From: Pecten maximus
Lineage: Eukaryota
Length of the DNA: 64,000 bases
Assembly (NCBI RefSeq): GCF_902652985.1
Contig: NC_047017.1
Span: 21,948,001-22,012,000, forward strand
Direction of reading: 5' to 3'
Shown piece by piece: positions 39,501-53,400 of the stretch; positions within the stretch are counted from its first letter, which is position 1, and every line of letters begins with the position of its first letter. Position numbers and translations under genes: made by a program. The notes beneath the pieces were generated by a model, which saw only the letters and a list, made by a program, of their open reading frames with translations, searched no databases and was not told the DNA's origin.

Positions 39501-42269
39501 CCTGTATCTATGTATGAAACCCTTTGATGCAAAATTTCTCTAAGGCAACCATATAGACAACCTGTTAATGATGACAGCCTGTCAATTAAAAATGCTTGTC
39601 TATAATTGTCATTTGTATTTCATAATAGCATGTTCATATAAAGTATGATTTGTGAATAAGTGATAGCTGTTAAGTGTGAAAACATGTTTTATTGTACCAA
39701 ACCTAAATAGTTTATTATTTATAACATATAGCCAGGTATGACTTCAGGACTATCAATATGTACATGTTCTATTTGAGAATAAACAAAACACTGTCCATTG
39801 TATAGACAATTCAATGGAAACCAGCTGGACTTAAACAAGACATAGTAAACCTAACTCAATGTTTGATACATCGCCTTTGTACTTGGTTTAAATATCTCTA
39901 TGTTTAACAGATATCAGCAATGTTTGAGATGCAATCTTATAAGATACCTTTGTTAAGATGTTATCAGTGTCCTTAAGAGTACTGACCCGTGTCACCTGAC
40001 ATGGGTTCAGGGTCAACAAGTACTTTGGGACATAAAGTTCACTGATAGCACCAAGTCACTAGGCTGCAAAGATCCAACATACAATGTTACTGAAACCTTT
40101 CTTGTTTGTGAACACAACATTTGAAAAAGAAATACTGAATTTTTTTTGACATTTCCATAACTGTAAAAGTTGTTATTGATATTGTTTATAAGTGAAGATC
40201 AAATGGTTTGTATTAAGATACATGGACTAGGGAACTTTTCTTTGATGGATTAATGAGTGTTGCTTCAGAGCTCCCTCTCATGGCCACAGCCATATAAATC
40301 ATCCTCAGAGAATCAGACAGATTGGACTACCTAATGGAAGAGCAAATGACTTCTACAGGCCAGGCCATACAAACAGTTTGAGGTGGGGGTGCAAAATAAC
40401 CCAAAATAACCACTTATCCATTGTTTTTGACTTAATGAACTTCCCACGAAAACAATTTTACCCAGTTTTTCTGAAAAATGTACACCCTTTAAAATTCCCC
40501 CTTTTTGATGAGTCTGACAAAAAAATATTCCTGACCAAAACCTACCCACTTAGTGACAATTGCACTGGAGTTTAGGGCTAGGAGTGAAAACTACCCTCTA
40601 TCTCCTGTATAGATCTTAAATATAGCCAACCTGTACCTGATCCATCTCTCATCACACACATATACAGACCTCCCTAATCCTACTTATTTGATAATCTCAC
40701 ATATATTTAGAGATTTTTTCACTTTAAAGTGAACTTGGTAATCCTAGCGGTTCTTTGTTTAATCCCACACACATGTACATAGGAAACATTAAAGGTCTAT
40801 GGCATATTTGGTTGGCAGGTTTCTCAACATTCCAACCCCACAAACCATCTCAAAGTGAGAAGGAGCAAAGCCGTATCCCTCACATGTATACTGAGAAAGG
40901 GTATCAGTTAAAGAGATAAGTTGGAGCTTGCTCTCAATTCTGGTCAATTAGTGTAAAGAGGATCATGGGTAATAGAAGCTCCTCATTGGTAAATCTGTTT
41001 ACAGAGAAAAAAGCACTATTATAATCTCAAATAATGGTTCTTTCATCTAAGCCTGAACAGTGTAGATTGCTATAGATATTCTGTAGCCAGGTCTGAAACA
41101 GATGCCTAATCCTTCCCCAACACTAAATCATCCAAATCTGATGTAACCAGGACAACGTTACAAACATTTCATCACCAGAGTACAACTTTTTGCCAAGGAC
41201 AGATTAGATACTGATGCCATATTACACAAAAGAGTTTAGTGAAGAATGAAATCTGTATTAACAACCCAGCACTCTTTAAGTTGATAAACAATGCAAGTAT
41301 TTTTCTTTTCACATTTGACACCATTGAACAAATGTTGTTGTAGTTATCAGATAAATTGGTCTGTCTCAGAATTATGAAATCTGTCGTCAACCTGTCTAGA
41401 GGTCAATAACTGTATGTCATCAGTCAAAAAATTTGGATGTAACCAACATCAGCCTCTGTAAACCTTTTCATGGTAGCCTGAAACACCAACCATATACCAT
41501 TAACAGATTAACAGGTCATCAGTTTGGTACGGAAAAGCTATCGCTCAGAAATTATTCCAAAAACATGAACTCTCCGATAGAGGTTAGACAGTATAACAAG
41601 GCTATTTGGGTTGTTCATATGTGTAGGGTGTGATGTCAAGAACAACACTTTAGAAATAAGTTTGAAATCTATTGGTAAATCTGTAGAAGGCAGTCTGAGA
41701 CAGGCCGATACAGTCTATCAGCCGCTCATTAATACTAGGCATGTATACCACCCAACCTGTACAGACTCTGTGTCCTTAAAACTTCAAATTCTACTGAATG
41801 GACAGCAGGGGAAACTTACTCTACCTCACACATAACTTACTTGTCTTTATCAATCTATTTACACACAGAAAAACATGCCATGTTAAATGTTTCTTTCATC
41901 AAGGAGAACCAAAAATACAGTGTGAAGGCAGGGTAGGGTTCTTAAGCAGTGTTATCATAGCTATCACAGGAAATAGGTGCTGAAGGGTAATAACAGCCAA
42001 TGTCCGAGACGGCAGCAGTCAGACACCTCACCATGTCAACACCTCTTTTTGCAAGTGTTTAAACACAGACACATGAAGTTACAGCAGAGGTACAGTAATC
42101 CCCTATATTCCTCCTCCTTCACACAATACAAACACATGCAGCCTTTCCCTATTCCTTGTCCCAAGCCTAACTGTATACACACTTTTCTCTTAAAACAACA
42201 CTGCCATCCTCCAATAAGACAAACACTGCACTTTCCCCCAAGACACACACTTCTAATCTAGCTAAGACA

Positions 42270-43380
42270 TGTGCTGCCAGCTGTCTCCCCTAAGACACAC
42301 ATAATGTCATGGAGGTCTTACATAAAGTCACATACTCCACTTTCTCCTTAGACAAACACTGTCACTCCATCAAAATAAGGCCCACACTAGTACTGTCACT
42401 CTCCCTTAAGACACACATTCTCACTCTCCCCTAAGACACACTGTCACTCTTCCCTAAGACACACATTGTCACTCTCCCCTAGCTAAGACACACTGTCACT
42501 CTTCCCTAAGACACACATTGTCACTCTCCCCTAGCTAAGACACATATTGTCACTCTCCCCTAGGACACACACTGTCACTCTCCCCTAAGACACATGCTGT
42601 CACTCTCCCCTAAGACACAAGCTGTCACTCTCCCCTAAGACACAAGCTGTCACTCTTCCCTAAGACACACATTGTCACTCTCCCCTAAGACACACACTGT
42701 CACTCTCCCCTAAGACACATGCTGTCACTCTCCCCTAAGACACATGCTGTCACTCTCCCCTAAGACACAAGCTGTCACTCTCCCCTAAGACACAAGCTGT
42801 CACTCTCCCCTAAGACACAAGCTGTCACTCTCCCCTAAGACACACTGTCACTCTTCCCTAAGACACACACTGTCACTCTCCCCTAAGACACACACTGTCA
42901 CTCTCCACTAAGACACACAGTCACTTTCCCCATCATCGAACACATTGTTTACCTCCCCTTAGTCAGACATTTTTACTTTCCCCTTAAACATACACTGTCA
43001 CCTTCCCTATGACACACAACGTCACATTCATAAACACTTCACTTTTCGCTTTGACACTTGTTGTCAATCTCCCCTAAGACACAAGCTGTCACTCTCCCCT
43101 AAGACACACACTGTCACTCTCCCCTAAGACACACACTGTCACTCTCCCCTAAGACACAAGCTGTCACTCTCCCCTAAGACACACACTGTCACTCTCCCCT
43201 TAGAAACATTGTCACTCTCCCCTTAGACACATGATGTCACTCTCCCAAAGACACAAGCTGTCACTCTCCAAGCTGTCACTCTCCCATAAGATATGCTGTC
43301 ACTCTCCCCTAAGACACAAGCTGTCACTCACATCTCAGACACATGCTGTCACTCTCCCTGAAGACATGCTGTCTGCACTC
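42270..43380. repeat. 25-bp minisatellite (CTGTCACTCTCCCCTAAGACACAAG)n
   Basis: CACTCTCCCC recurs with a 25-bp period (42601, 42626 and onward), with some 23-29-bp variants. Confidence 0.95.
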
Positions 43381-44137
43381 TCCTCTGCCACCCTATGCTA
43401 AGATGCACTGTCAACCATCCTCAAGACATCCCATACAATTTATTGCTGCCACTCCACCATATATGTAAAATCATCAGTCCTTGCTGTAACTTTGACCTTG
43501 CCTCTATGTCGTGTTATAAAAATATTCATTTGTTTAAATGTAATTGAGAAATGTAAGCAAATATAATTTTGATCCCATGCTCTTTGACTTTTGGGTTCAA
43601 ATGTGAAGTACAATTGTCTGCTCATAATATGTCTGAAGCTCCAGTTAATAATTTGTATGAAATGAGAAGCCATTTCTGAGAGTAGGAAAGATTGCCAGAG
43701 AAAATTTAGTCATTATACATAGTGGTATATGTAAAAGTCTGTATGTGTGAACAAATTAAAATTGTGCCCTTAGTACTTGTGATTCATCATGATAGGTGTA
43801 ATCACCAATTAGCTTGATTAGGGTTCCGTCTTTGATTCACCCTGTACCAGTTAAGTGGCGGGCTAGTGGTCCCACTGGAAACTAAAATGATGGAGAGCAG
43901 AGGGATGTGAATCACGACTGAACATCTGGAAAGGTTGTCATAGTGCAGTCACATATATCTCACATGGGTTATAGTGCAGTTGACTTAACGTAATAAGAAA
44001 AATATGGCTACTCCCCCCGTATTGCCATTCCCTCCTTCTCGAACCTTTCTCTTCTCCTTCTCACCTAATTCTCTTTTATCCTTTTCTATCGTTCACTTTT
44101 TCTCCTTTCCTTCCATGATTTTCTCTCTTCCAATATT

Positions 44138-44320
44138 TGGTTTGATTCCTTAATCAGATGTGGAAACGATATGGGGTCACCTGCATGACCATGTGAATTT
44201 TCTCCGGGAACTCCAGATTCCTCCCAAAGTAAGACCCCTCTTGCACTTCCAGGCCAACGAGGATAATTGAAATAAGTTAGTAATTGTTTTGCAATTGTTG
44301 TAAAATAAATGAAGTTTATG
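44138..44320 (+). mobile_element. tRNA-derived SINE relic, same family as 34655-34870
   Basis: GGTTTGATTCC B-box, core TTTTCTCCGGGAACTCCAGATTCCTCCCAAAGTAAGACCCC (resembles GTGGGTTTTCTCCGGGTACTCCGGTTTCCTCCCAC), and tail TTGCAATTGTTGTAAAATAAATGAAG. Confidence 0.75.
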
Positions 44321-47320
44321 TATCCATCCATCATGGGCACTCTCATTTGTCCTTCTTTTCACCTTTTCTCTCTCATTTCTTCTCATTACAGGATAACTTT
44401 GAATGAAATGTCTGGACAAATGTCGCAGAATAACCTACGCCAAACAACCTTACCTGAACAAATGTTGTAGTAATTTACTTTAACTGAAAAGGGAAATATG
44501 GCCACAAACAGGACAGAAGTTATAACAACATACCTGACAAGAACTGTATTTTACCTTGATGTCTAATTGTTCTACATATTCATACCTGAATCAGATTTGT
44601 ACAACACAAAGGCCAGATCATTTCAGTACAAACGCCATCTCTCCTACTCAGGATCTCTCCAAAGGAACTCTACACAAATTCCCTATCGATGGTCCATATA
44701 CAGTTATATGTATAATTATTTAATATACATAAAAACCGTGGGTTGGAAATTTGTGCCCTGTGACTCAGGTATACATTATGTAGCTACTGTACTATGGTTG
44801 AACTGGTTTATATTTTATATAAAAATTGCATTACGCTTTATGAAGCGTTAATCCTGTGATAAAGGATAAATGAATTCACATTGTTGTATGAGCATCTACT
44901 TAAGAATAATCAAAGATAATTCTCCTAAATAATAAAAAATATGTCCAAAGTGTTCTAACTGGTTCACACTATATAAAACTAATGGAGCATTCCGAGCAGA
45001 ATATGTACATCGCATCCCCCTCATCTTTACAAAACACTTTGACAAATTCCTGTTGTATGACCTTTAGTCAAAGGTCAAATCTCTGTGCATCGCCCAATTA
45101 TGTGAATTTGCAGAGACGTGTTTCATTTCATCAAAACAGTAATGGAAGAATATTAAAACTGAAAGCAAATGTACCGAGTGTCTGATCAGTGTGTACGAAA
45201 ATCGCCACTACAGGAAGTGGCTGCCTTCTAGCGTGAACATTCAATCAGCTCTATAATGTTTGAGTGGCAGTACTTCTAGCCCCCTCTGTCATGGTGGTCT
45301 GCCGTTCTACACCAACCAACATAGCCAAATCAAAAGAACAAAGTTCAATGGGATAATACTCCTGAAAAATTATCCCAATTTCAAAGAATTTATATCAAAT
45401 TTATCACCTTTGGTACCCTTCGATAGGTAAAGATTTTGCACTGGGTTTGCATGCAAGATTATTTGTATTAATAATAATGTTGTATGGTCGTATTAAAGGG
45501 TGATTTATAACAATGAGGGATAGCGTTAAAAGTCAAACAGACCACAGAGCAACACACACCACTATCTATTATAGAGCACAGTCAAACAGGTACTTTGTCA
45601 GCTAAAGGTTGTGTGCACTAGGGAAATAATTAGAAGCTTGGACAAGAGAGGCGATTTTGAGAAGGAAGCTCCAATGATGACCGACAGAGAGGGGTCTGTG
45701 GGTCTCAGTGGGTTGGGAGCCCACACCTCCTGTACGGGGCTGTATAATGTATTCCCTATAACTATGGTCGCATTGTACGACACACATACACACAGTTATC
45801 CCTGGCAGGTACATGAATCATTGGCAGTGATGACAAAATATGTAGAAATTTTCTCAATAAATAATAAAAAAAAATGCACTGTCACAGTAGAACATTCTTC
45901 AAATCAGAGCCAATGGCAATAAAAATTCAGCTCCTAAGAAATATCTCCTATGTAAAATTTCAAAGACTTCTACTCAGTTGTGGAGAACAAGGGAGTATAG
46001 CTAGCCAACTAACACCTGAATTCAATCATTTTTCTTCCCTTACACTATCAGACAGCTATCTTAGCCACAAAGTCAGGCATTATTAAATATTCATACAATA
46101 TTTGACACTGACAAGCAAGAGTAACCTTTGCCGGAGAGCTTTCTCTCGAAACACCTGTACTTCTCTCAGACACCGACAAAATTGGCAAATGAATTACATT
46201 AAATGTATCTTCTGAGGAATCACTCCTCGGTTCTGACATGTTTGATTAAACAGCGTAGAAAACACTACCACCATAGCTCTGCTACTTCCACACATCTGAG
46301 ACTCACAATTCTTTATCTCAATATTTTTACATGGATGCTGTTTTATGCTAACTTTTTCTATAATTACTGTCTATTTGACGCTAGAGATCATGTGCCAAAG
46401 CTTAGACCTTCATCTTTATTTTGAGAAATCTTGAAGGACTTTTGCACTACATCTGTAATGGAACTGGACCTCAGCTTGACCAAGTGCCAGCGCCTGGCAG
46501 CACTATCATGCCCTGTACCATCAGCAGATAGAGAAATAATGGGAGTAATTAAGTGGTTTACACAGCCTGCACTTAACTCTCATTGGCATTCATCACAAAA
46601 ATTACATCTATCAAAATCCCACACATCTGTAGCTATCTCCTTAGACAAACTGCCAACATCCAAAAACATTTCATAAATAGGTAACACTACAAAACTTTGA
46701 CATTGAAAACTTTCACAAAACATTTTCATAAGTATGTAAATTTCAAATCTGAAAATGTATAGTTTAGGGTCTTATCAAAGTGAGCAATAGTTTCATTCAA
46801 GTTCAGTTCTATAAATGGACACAACTTATTTGGAGAAGAAAGGGAAAAAAAAAACTTAAAGTACCTTTTTAACCTTCGGAAAGTTAAAATTTATGCATGT
46901 GAATCAAAGCAGAAAATTGCAGCAGTATTGTGATAGTCATTTACCTCCATTACACATACCAGGGCACACTACCACGGATCAAGTCAACTCTCCATTAACA
47001 TACATAACTAAGGTTAAATACACATCTGTATCTATTCAACAAACTTGGGGACTACAATGCGCTAAGATCAAAACTGTCATATAAAATGCACAAGTGAGCA
47101 AAATTTTCATTCTCCTTTTCTTCCCTTCGACATTTTTTATTTCTTGATTGATGAGCCAGCCACAATGGAGCTCACTTGAGGCTGTAACAATCCCCTAGAC
47201 CAAATCATTATCATCTCGAGATCTTTCATTCCATTCATAGCTTGTTCCCTCATCTTACTAAATGCTATTTTCGCTGGTTATATCAGATTGTGGACAAGTT
47301 TCTTCATGTCAACTATTTTC

Positions 47321-47468
47321 TCAGTTAACCAATCCAAACTCTCTGACTGTGAACCTATTTCCTCAGTTAACCAATCCAAACTCTCCGATTGTGAACCTAT
47401 TTCCTCAGTTAACCAATCCAAACTCTCCGATTGTGAACCTATTTCCTCAGTTAACCAATTCAAACTCC
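47321..47468. repeat. 42-bp tandem repeat x3.5
   Basis: TCAGTTAACCAAT at 47321, 47363, 47405 and 47447. Confidence 0.95.
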
Positions 47469-48465
47469 AATCTTCTACAAATTCCCTCATATCCAAATAA
47501 ACATACTATATATTCACTATTTAGTACCTATTTCCCTAGATTCTGGAGTAACAGTGACCTATATATCAATTTTAGCCTGAGTTGTCTCCCCTGAGTGTTA
47601 CATCGGTTGTGCTTGGCTCAATGTTCTCACTTTTACACCGACACATGTGACTGCCTCATACTACTTGGGCAGGGCAGCACGCCTCAATCAAACAATTATA
47701 CCTAATTCCTTTATCAGAACCACACTTGTTTTTTAACCTTGCACACAAAATTCTCCCATGTGTTGTTCATTTGATGACTTATTTTTCACAAAACAACTTT
47801 TACTGTATCTGATTATACAAATCTGATGGCTATCTGCACTCTTGTCCAGAATATTACATCCAAAGTTGTTGTCTAAAGTGATATTTTGCTGGAGGCAATA
47901 ACAGCTAGAAAATTAGTTATTTCAATTTTTTTTTTTTTTAATTTTTAACATGAAAACCAGGTTATTCTACATTTGTAATAGAGTTATATGCTTATGGTAG
48001 TTGACAAATGCCCAGACATATGAACACTTTCATTACCGTAATTTTAGTTCAAATCCAATTTAGGTTTTTATGTAATTTCTTCTCAAGCTGTAACTTTTTT
48101 AACTAAAAAAATAATTTAAAAGTATTGTCAAAATTCGTAACACCTTTTCGCATTCCTGCATCAACTAAATAGAGGATATTCTCTTTTCAGACTTTTGATC
48201 ATCCATGAATCAATGGATCATGAATGAAGAACTCTGATTTCAGTTGAAGTTATTGGTGATCTGAGTCAACGTTTTTTAAGAAACATGATACAGTACTACA
48301 TAAGAAGTAAAGGTAACAAGTCTTCTAAAGATCCTCTAAAAATTGTCACATTTCCGGTTAACCTTAGAGCAATTTGTTTTTTGATAAGACAAACTCAAGT
48401 TTTATCCTACAATGTAATTGGTGAATATGTATAAGTCAGGCCCTGTCCTCTGATTGGTTACTTAC

Positions 48466-48604
48466 AGTTTCCAGGAGCAGTTTGGTGGCTTCTCCATTCT
48501 GTATCCCCGTCGGAGGAGGTGGAGCAAGTCATGCATGTCCACAGGTGGGGTAGGGCGTGCCTCCCAAGGTTACCAGTTCGAACAATACCACGCCAAACGA
48601 CCAG
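48466..48604 (-). CDS. Receptor tyrosine kinase, penultimate exon (subdomains IX-X), with a 1-nt frameshift
   Basis: Acceptor ccacAG|c is followed by WSFGVVLFELVTLGGTPYP. A shifted frame then gives DMHDLLHLLRRGYRMEKPPNCSWKL, ending at the donor CT|GTAAGT (GT at 48465-48464). The DV|W and L|Y boundaries match conserved FGFR/RET intron positions. Length is 139 nt versus the 138 expected. The ORF track missed it. Confidence 0.93.
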
Positions 48605-49464
48605 CTGTGGATGACATCAACATAACACATTATAGCCAGTATAATCACCCCATCAGGTTGTAAATAAACAGGTATTATCATCAGAATTCAGTTGCTTGTT
48701 CAAAACATGAAAATATTCATTTAATTGTCAAGCATTACATTTTCAATCTAAAACAGATTTGATTTTATGTATAGAGTAATCTAGTGTATTTATGTATGTA
48801 TATTTTCTCTGTTTAAAAATAAACTGTTTTTAGAACCTCAGATGTTTGGAATTAAACGATTCCACATCAAAACATGTATACACCTCTCTGTATACACCTG
48901 CTTAAATTTTTTACCAATGTTCTAATATTTGGCTATGTATTCTTTCATTTTGTGTCAATCAAACTTATTTAATTATTTCAATACTTTTACTACAAAAACA
49001 TGTTTAATCAAATGAGACTCACAGATACTGATTCATTCTACAATGGTGGACAGTGGAGGAACAATCAGGAGTTCAATTTATACAGCAGACCACACTCCAG
49101 TCAACTTTTAAATAAATCTTTTTTTCTGGATACATGATAACTATAGTACACTTATGTAGGGGTTAATAAATCCCCCAAATATAACAGTACATCCTCCAAA
49201 CATAGCAGTTTAAATCAGGGAGCACGCTGCTGTTGACATTTGCCAAATAAAAATCTCAGTTCTTGGTAAAAGTGGGAAAGACAGCAGCCGGCTGGGCAAC
49301 CCACTTACCACTGATCGCACCGAAATAGTAAATAGAGCGGGTTTTATGGACCATAAAAAATGAACAGATTTTGATTAATTTATTAAATCTGTAGTGGTGT
49401 CTAGACATGTTTTAGTGCAAATCAGCCATCGATCAATTGAGAGAGTTGCATCATATGTTGTATA

Positions 49465-50985
49465 ACAAGTCTACCTTGTCAACATCAGATATAGTACAAG
49501 TCTACCCTTGTCAACATCAGATATAGTACAAGTCTACCCTGTCAACATCAGGTATAGTACAAGTCTACCCTGTCAACATCAAATGTATAACAAAGTCTAC
49601 CCTGTCAACATCAGATATAGTACAAGTCTACCCTGTCAACATCAGATATCGAACAAGTCTACCCTGTCAACATCAGATATAGTACAAGTCTACCCAGACA
49701 ACATCAGATATAGTACAAGTCTACCCAGACAACATCAGTTACAGTACAAGTCTACCCAGACAACATCAGATATAGTACAAGTCTACCCTGTCAACATCAG
49801 ATATATTACAAGTCTATCCTGTCAACATCAGATATATTACAAGTCTACCCTGTCAACATCAGATATATTACAAGTCTACCCTGTCAACATCAGATATAGT
49901 ACAAGTCTACCCTGTCAACATCAGTTACAGTACAAGTCTACCCTGTCAACATCAGGTATAGTACAAGTCTACCCTGTCAACATCAGATATAGTACAAGTC
50001 TATCCTGTCAACATCAGTTACAGTACAAGTCTACCCTGTCAACATCAGATATAGTACAAGTCTACCCAGACAACATCAGATATAGTACAAGTCTACCCAG
50101 ACAACATCAGATATAGTACAAGTCTATCCTGTCAACATCAGATATAGTACAAGTCTATCCTGTCAACATCAGTTACAGTACAAGTCTACCCTGTCAACAT
50201 CAGGTATAGTACAAGTCTACCCTGTCAACATCAGATATAGTACAAGTCTATCCTGTCAACATCAGTTACAGTACAAGTCTACCCTGTCAACATCAGAATA
50301 GTACAAGTCTACCCCGTCAACATCAGATATAGTACAAGTCTACCCTGTCAACATCAGATGTCGTATAACATGTCTACCCTGTCAGCATCAGGTGTTGTAC
50401 AAGTCTACCCTGTCAACATCAGGTGTCGTACAAGTCTACCCTGTCAACATCAGATATAGTACAAGTCTACCCTGTCAACATCAGGTATAGTACAAGTCTA
50501 CCCTGTCAACATCGGGTGTAGTACAAGTCTACCCTGTCAACATCAGATGTTGTACAAGTTTACCCTGTCAACATAAGATATCGTACAAGTCTACCCTGTC
50601 AACATCAGATGTCGTACAAGTCTACCCTGTCAACATCAGATATATTACAAGTCTACCCTGTCAACATTAGGTATAGTACAAGTCAACCCTGTCAACATCA
50701 GATATAGTACAAGTCTACCCTGTCAACATCAGATATATTACAAGTCTACCCTGTCAACATCAGATATAGTACAAGTCTACCCTGTCAACATCAGATATAT
50801 TACAAGTCTACCCTGTCAACATCAGATATAGTACAAGTCTACCCTGTCAACATCAGATATAGTACAAGTCTACCCTGTCAACATCAGATGTTGTACAAGT
50901 CTACCCTGTCAACATCAGATATATTACAAGTCTACCCTGTCATCATTAGATGTCGTACAAGTCTACCCTGTCAACATCAGGTGTA
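49465..50985. repeat. 31-bp minisatellite (ACAAGTCTACCCTGTCAACATCAGATATAGT)n, about 48 copies
   Basis: TACAAGTCT at a 31-bp period (49745, 49776 and onward). It lies in the intron upstream of the 48604 exon. Confidence 0.97.
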
Positions 50986-52399
50986 CTAGGCTGTTCATAT
51001 CTTTGTCAGAAAACACCTGCCAACTTATTGATGATTTAGACTCCAACCAATAACTCTTATCTTCGTGCTTTGCATAAAATGATATTTAAAAACACAGAGA
51101 AACATAAAAAGATTGATAAAAGGAGTTGAAGAGGCTTGAGGGGTCATGATGAACATCACAAGGCAAACTGCGTGCCAAATAAATTCTAGTTGTGTAATTA
51201 GCATTGTAATCAAAAGTATGATATGAGCACACAAAACTAATATTAGGATACAATTATTTTATGGCCTATAGAAATGGAATCGCTATCATACAACAGGAAA
51301 TTCCTTTGATGGTCCTAATTCAATTATAAGTAAATTAGATATGATTTTGACTCTGGATAGTCTTTGTTCCTTGTGATTTCATTTCCTTGGTATATAAAAA
51401 AGTTGGTATCATTCATTGCCAACCAACTAAACAATTTACCTACTACCTTTACTACTGAATTTAGTGAAATTAGCTTTTACTGATTTGAATATTGATTATT
51501 GAATTTTTGAAAAATTGTCTTTAATGTTGTTTGATAATTGTTGGTTATTGGTATTTTTTAAACTGAATACATTATTGAATACCTGCCAATATCATAATTT
51601 CAACATTTCATTGACTATTGAGTATTGGCAATATTTTGATATGAGTCACATTCTGGAGGAGAGATGAGTCACTTGTACATTTTTACTGAAATTAATACCC
51701 CAAGCTTTCTGACATAGGACAGGACAGGAGCATATGGCCAGGTGGGGAATCTATAAAAAGTACACAACAAATAACGTGGAAAACAAATCTAGAGAAAGCA
51801 CCATACATTTCTGGGTAGTTTTATTTCTAACAGCATCTTCTCTGACTTTTATAGGTTAACGGTGCATTAAGTTTGATTTAAGATAGAAAAGTGGCCTTTT
51901 TGCAGTGATTAGAAGGAAATCAGTGCAGCCAGTTTGGACGGGAGAAGATGTACTCAGACAAGCTGAATGGATTGCCATCTCCGAGAACAGTAAAATCTAT
52001 TTTGGTTGTGATTTACACAGGTAACAAACAAACGGTTGGATGGAGTCCTCCAGATAAACACAAGTCAACTGTTGGTTAGTTATAAGTCAGGTCAAACACA
52101 GCAAAAATGAACATTTATTTATAGGAATATTTTAAACAATGAGATTTTGTAGATGGATTTTTGTGCTACAAATTCTGGTCTGAACGCTCACTGATCATCA
52201 TATGGGTGTATTAGGAGCTTCTGAAGTTAAAAAATGTCCACTCTAATTAAAATGGATACATGATATAGGGTAAGACAGGTCACTATAGACAGGTGTTGAT
52301 ATTATTCTATAAAGATATCCTGGCTACATTGGATATGTAGGAGGCTGACCCAATGATATAGAGATTTCTGATATCTGTCAAAATATCTGCCTCGTTTTT

Positions 52400-53092
52400 T
52401 TCTGATCTTCCCATTAGTCTGAAATTTCATAACTAAATACCAAAAAGAACCTAATATGAAAATTTAATTTGAAAAAGAAATTCCTGCATCGCTTTTTAAG
52501 GAATACACGAAACAAAAACAAACTTCAGATATCAAAATTCAAGATGGCCACCACCAAATAGCAGTTAAGATTAAACTCCTCATGTCCAAGATGGCCACCT
52601 GGAAACCATCTTCACATCTTAAGACTACAGCTAACTTTTATGAAATCAAAGAAATATACCTGAAAAATTATCTCCAGCAAAAGTGCTTAAATTCTAACAA
52701 AGATGGCTGCCTTTCCGGCATTTTAACACTTCAATGAATGTCATTATTAACCATGTATACCCAGCTAAAGACTAAGCTAAACTTTTGTACCAGAACTGGA
52801 CTAGTTGGGCTTGATGCCTGGGTGACGGGCCAGACAGGCAAATGTTTAGAACGTCCGTCTAGAGTCCGTAGGTCCAAGCGCTAGTCCTGGTCTGGCCATT
52901 GTATTTGTTTTCTTCTCCTGTTACACTTTCATAAGAAGTCTCATGAATATTTCTTGAGATGTATAACTCTGTTAAATTCAAAGATGGCTACCAATCAGCC
53001 ATCTTGTTCTAGTGAGCTAGGACAGATGGCGGGACGACAGACCATAGATGAAATCGTGATGTGAAAAGCCCACTATCTGACATTAGTGAGCT
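52400..53092 (+). mobile_element. Degenerate Helentron-like relic interrupted by a tRNA-like SINE fragment (about 52790-52925)
   Basis: AAGATGGC recurs at about 52541, 52588, 52700 and 52981. The 3' end AAAAGCCCACT...AGTGAGCTA forms a hairpin. The internal TTTAGAACGTCCGTCTAGAGTCCGTAGGTCC...AGTCCTGGTCTGG resembles a decayed tRNA head. Confidence 0.45.
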
Positions 53093-53400
53093 ATATTTCT
53101 GATCAACTAACATGAGCTGTCAATAAAAGGAATCCATCTCCTAAAATCTGGTGTGGTTGTCTATACACTGAACTGGAATTTGTACATGCTAATGATACAA
53201 ATCGGTAACAGCTTAATCAGATCATTATTCAACCAAATAAAAACACAAAATTCACATAAATTAGTCAGAAGGGAACTGACTTCATTTTGATGTATAACGT
53301 ACAATAATGATGTCATCTACTGATGACTGGCAATCATGCTACACAGATCAAACTTGTCTAGCAATTTTTTTTCTGTTTTTAATTATTCGGTCGTCTATTA

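Larger units (their letters stand above)
16075..48465 (-). other. 32,391-bp phase-2 GT-AG intron of the RTK gene
   Basis: GTAAGT donor and TTACAG acceptor. Splicing gives CT+A = Leu and the contiguous kinase motif KPPNCSWKLYDVMLNCW. Confidence 0.88.

Noticed and set aside
48540-48555. Programmed ribosomal frameshifting to explain the 139-nt exon
   Set aside because: There is no recognisable slippery site or stimulatory element. A simple indel, whether error or mutation, is far more parsimonious.
48454-48663. Plus-strand 69-aa ORF
   Set aside because: It is the antisense shadow of the kinase exon.
52820-52900. tRNA gene
   Set aside because: The A and B boxes are degenerate and no cloverleaf can be built. 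At best it is a SINE head relic.
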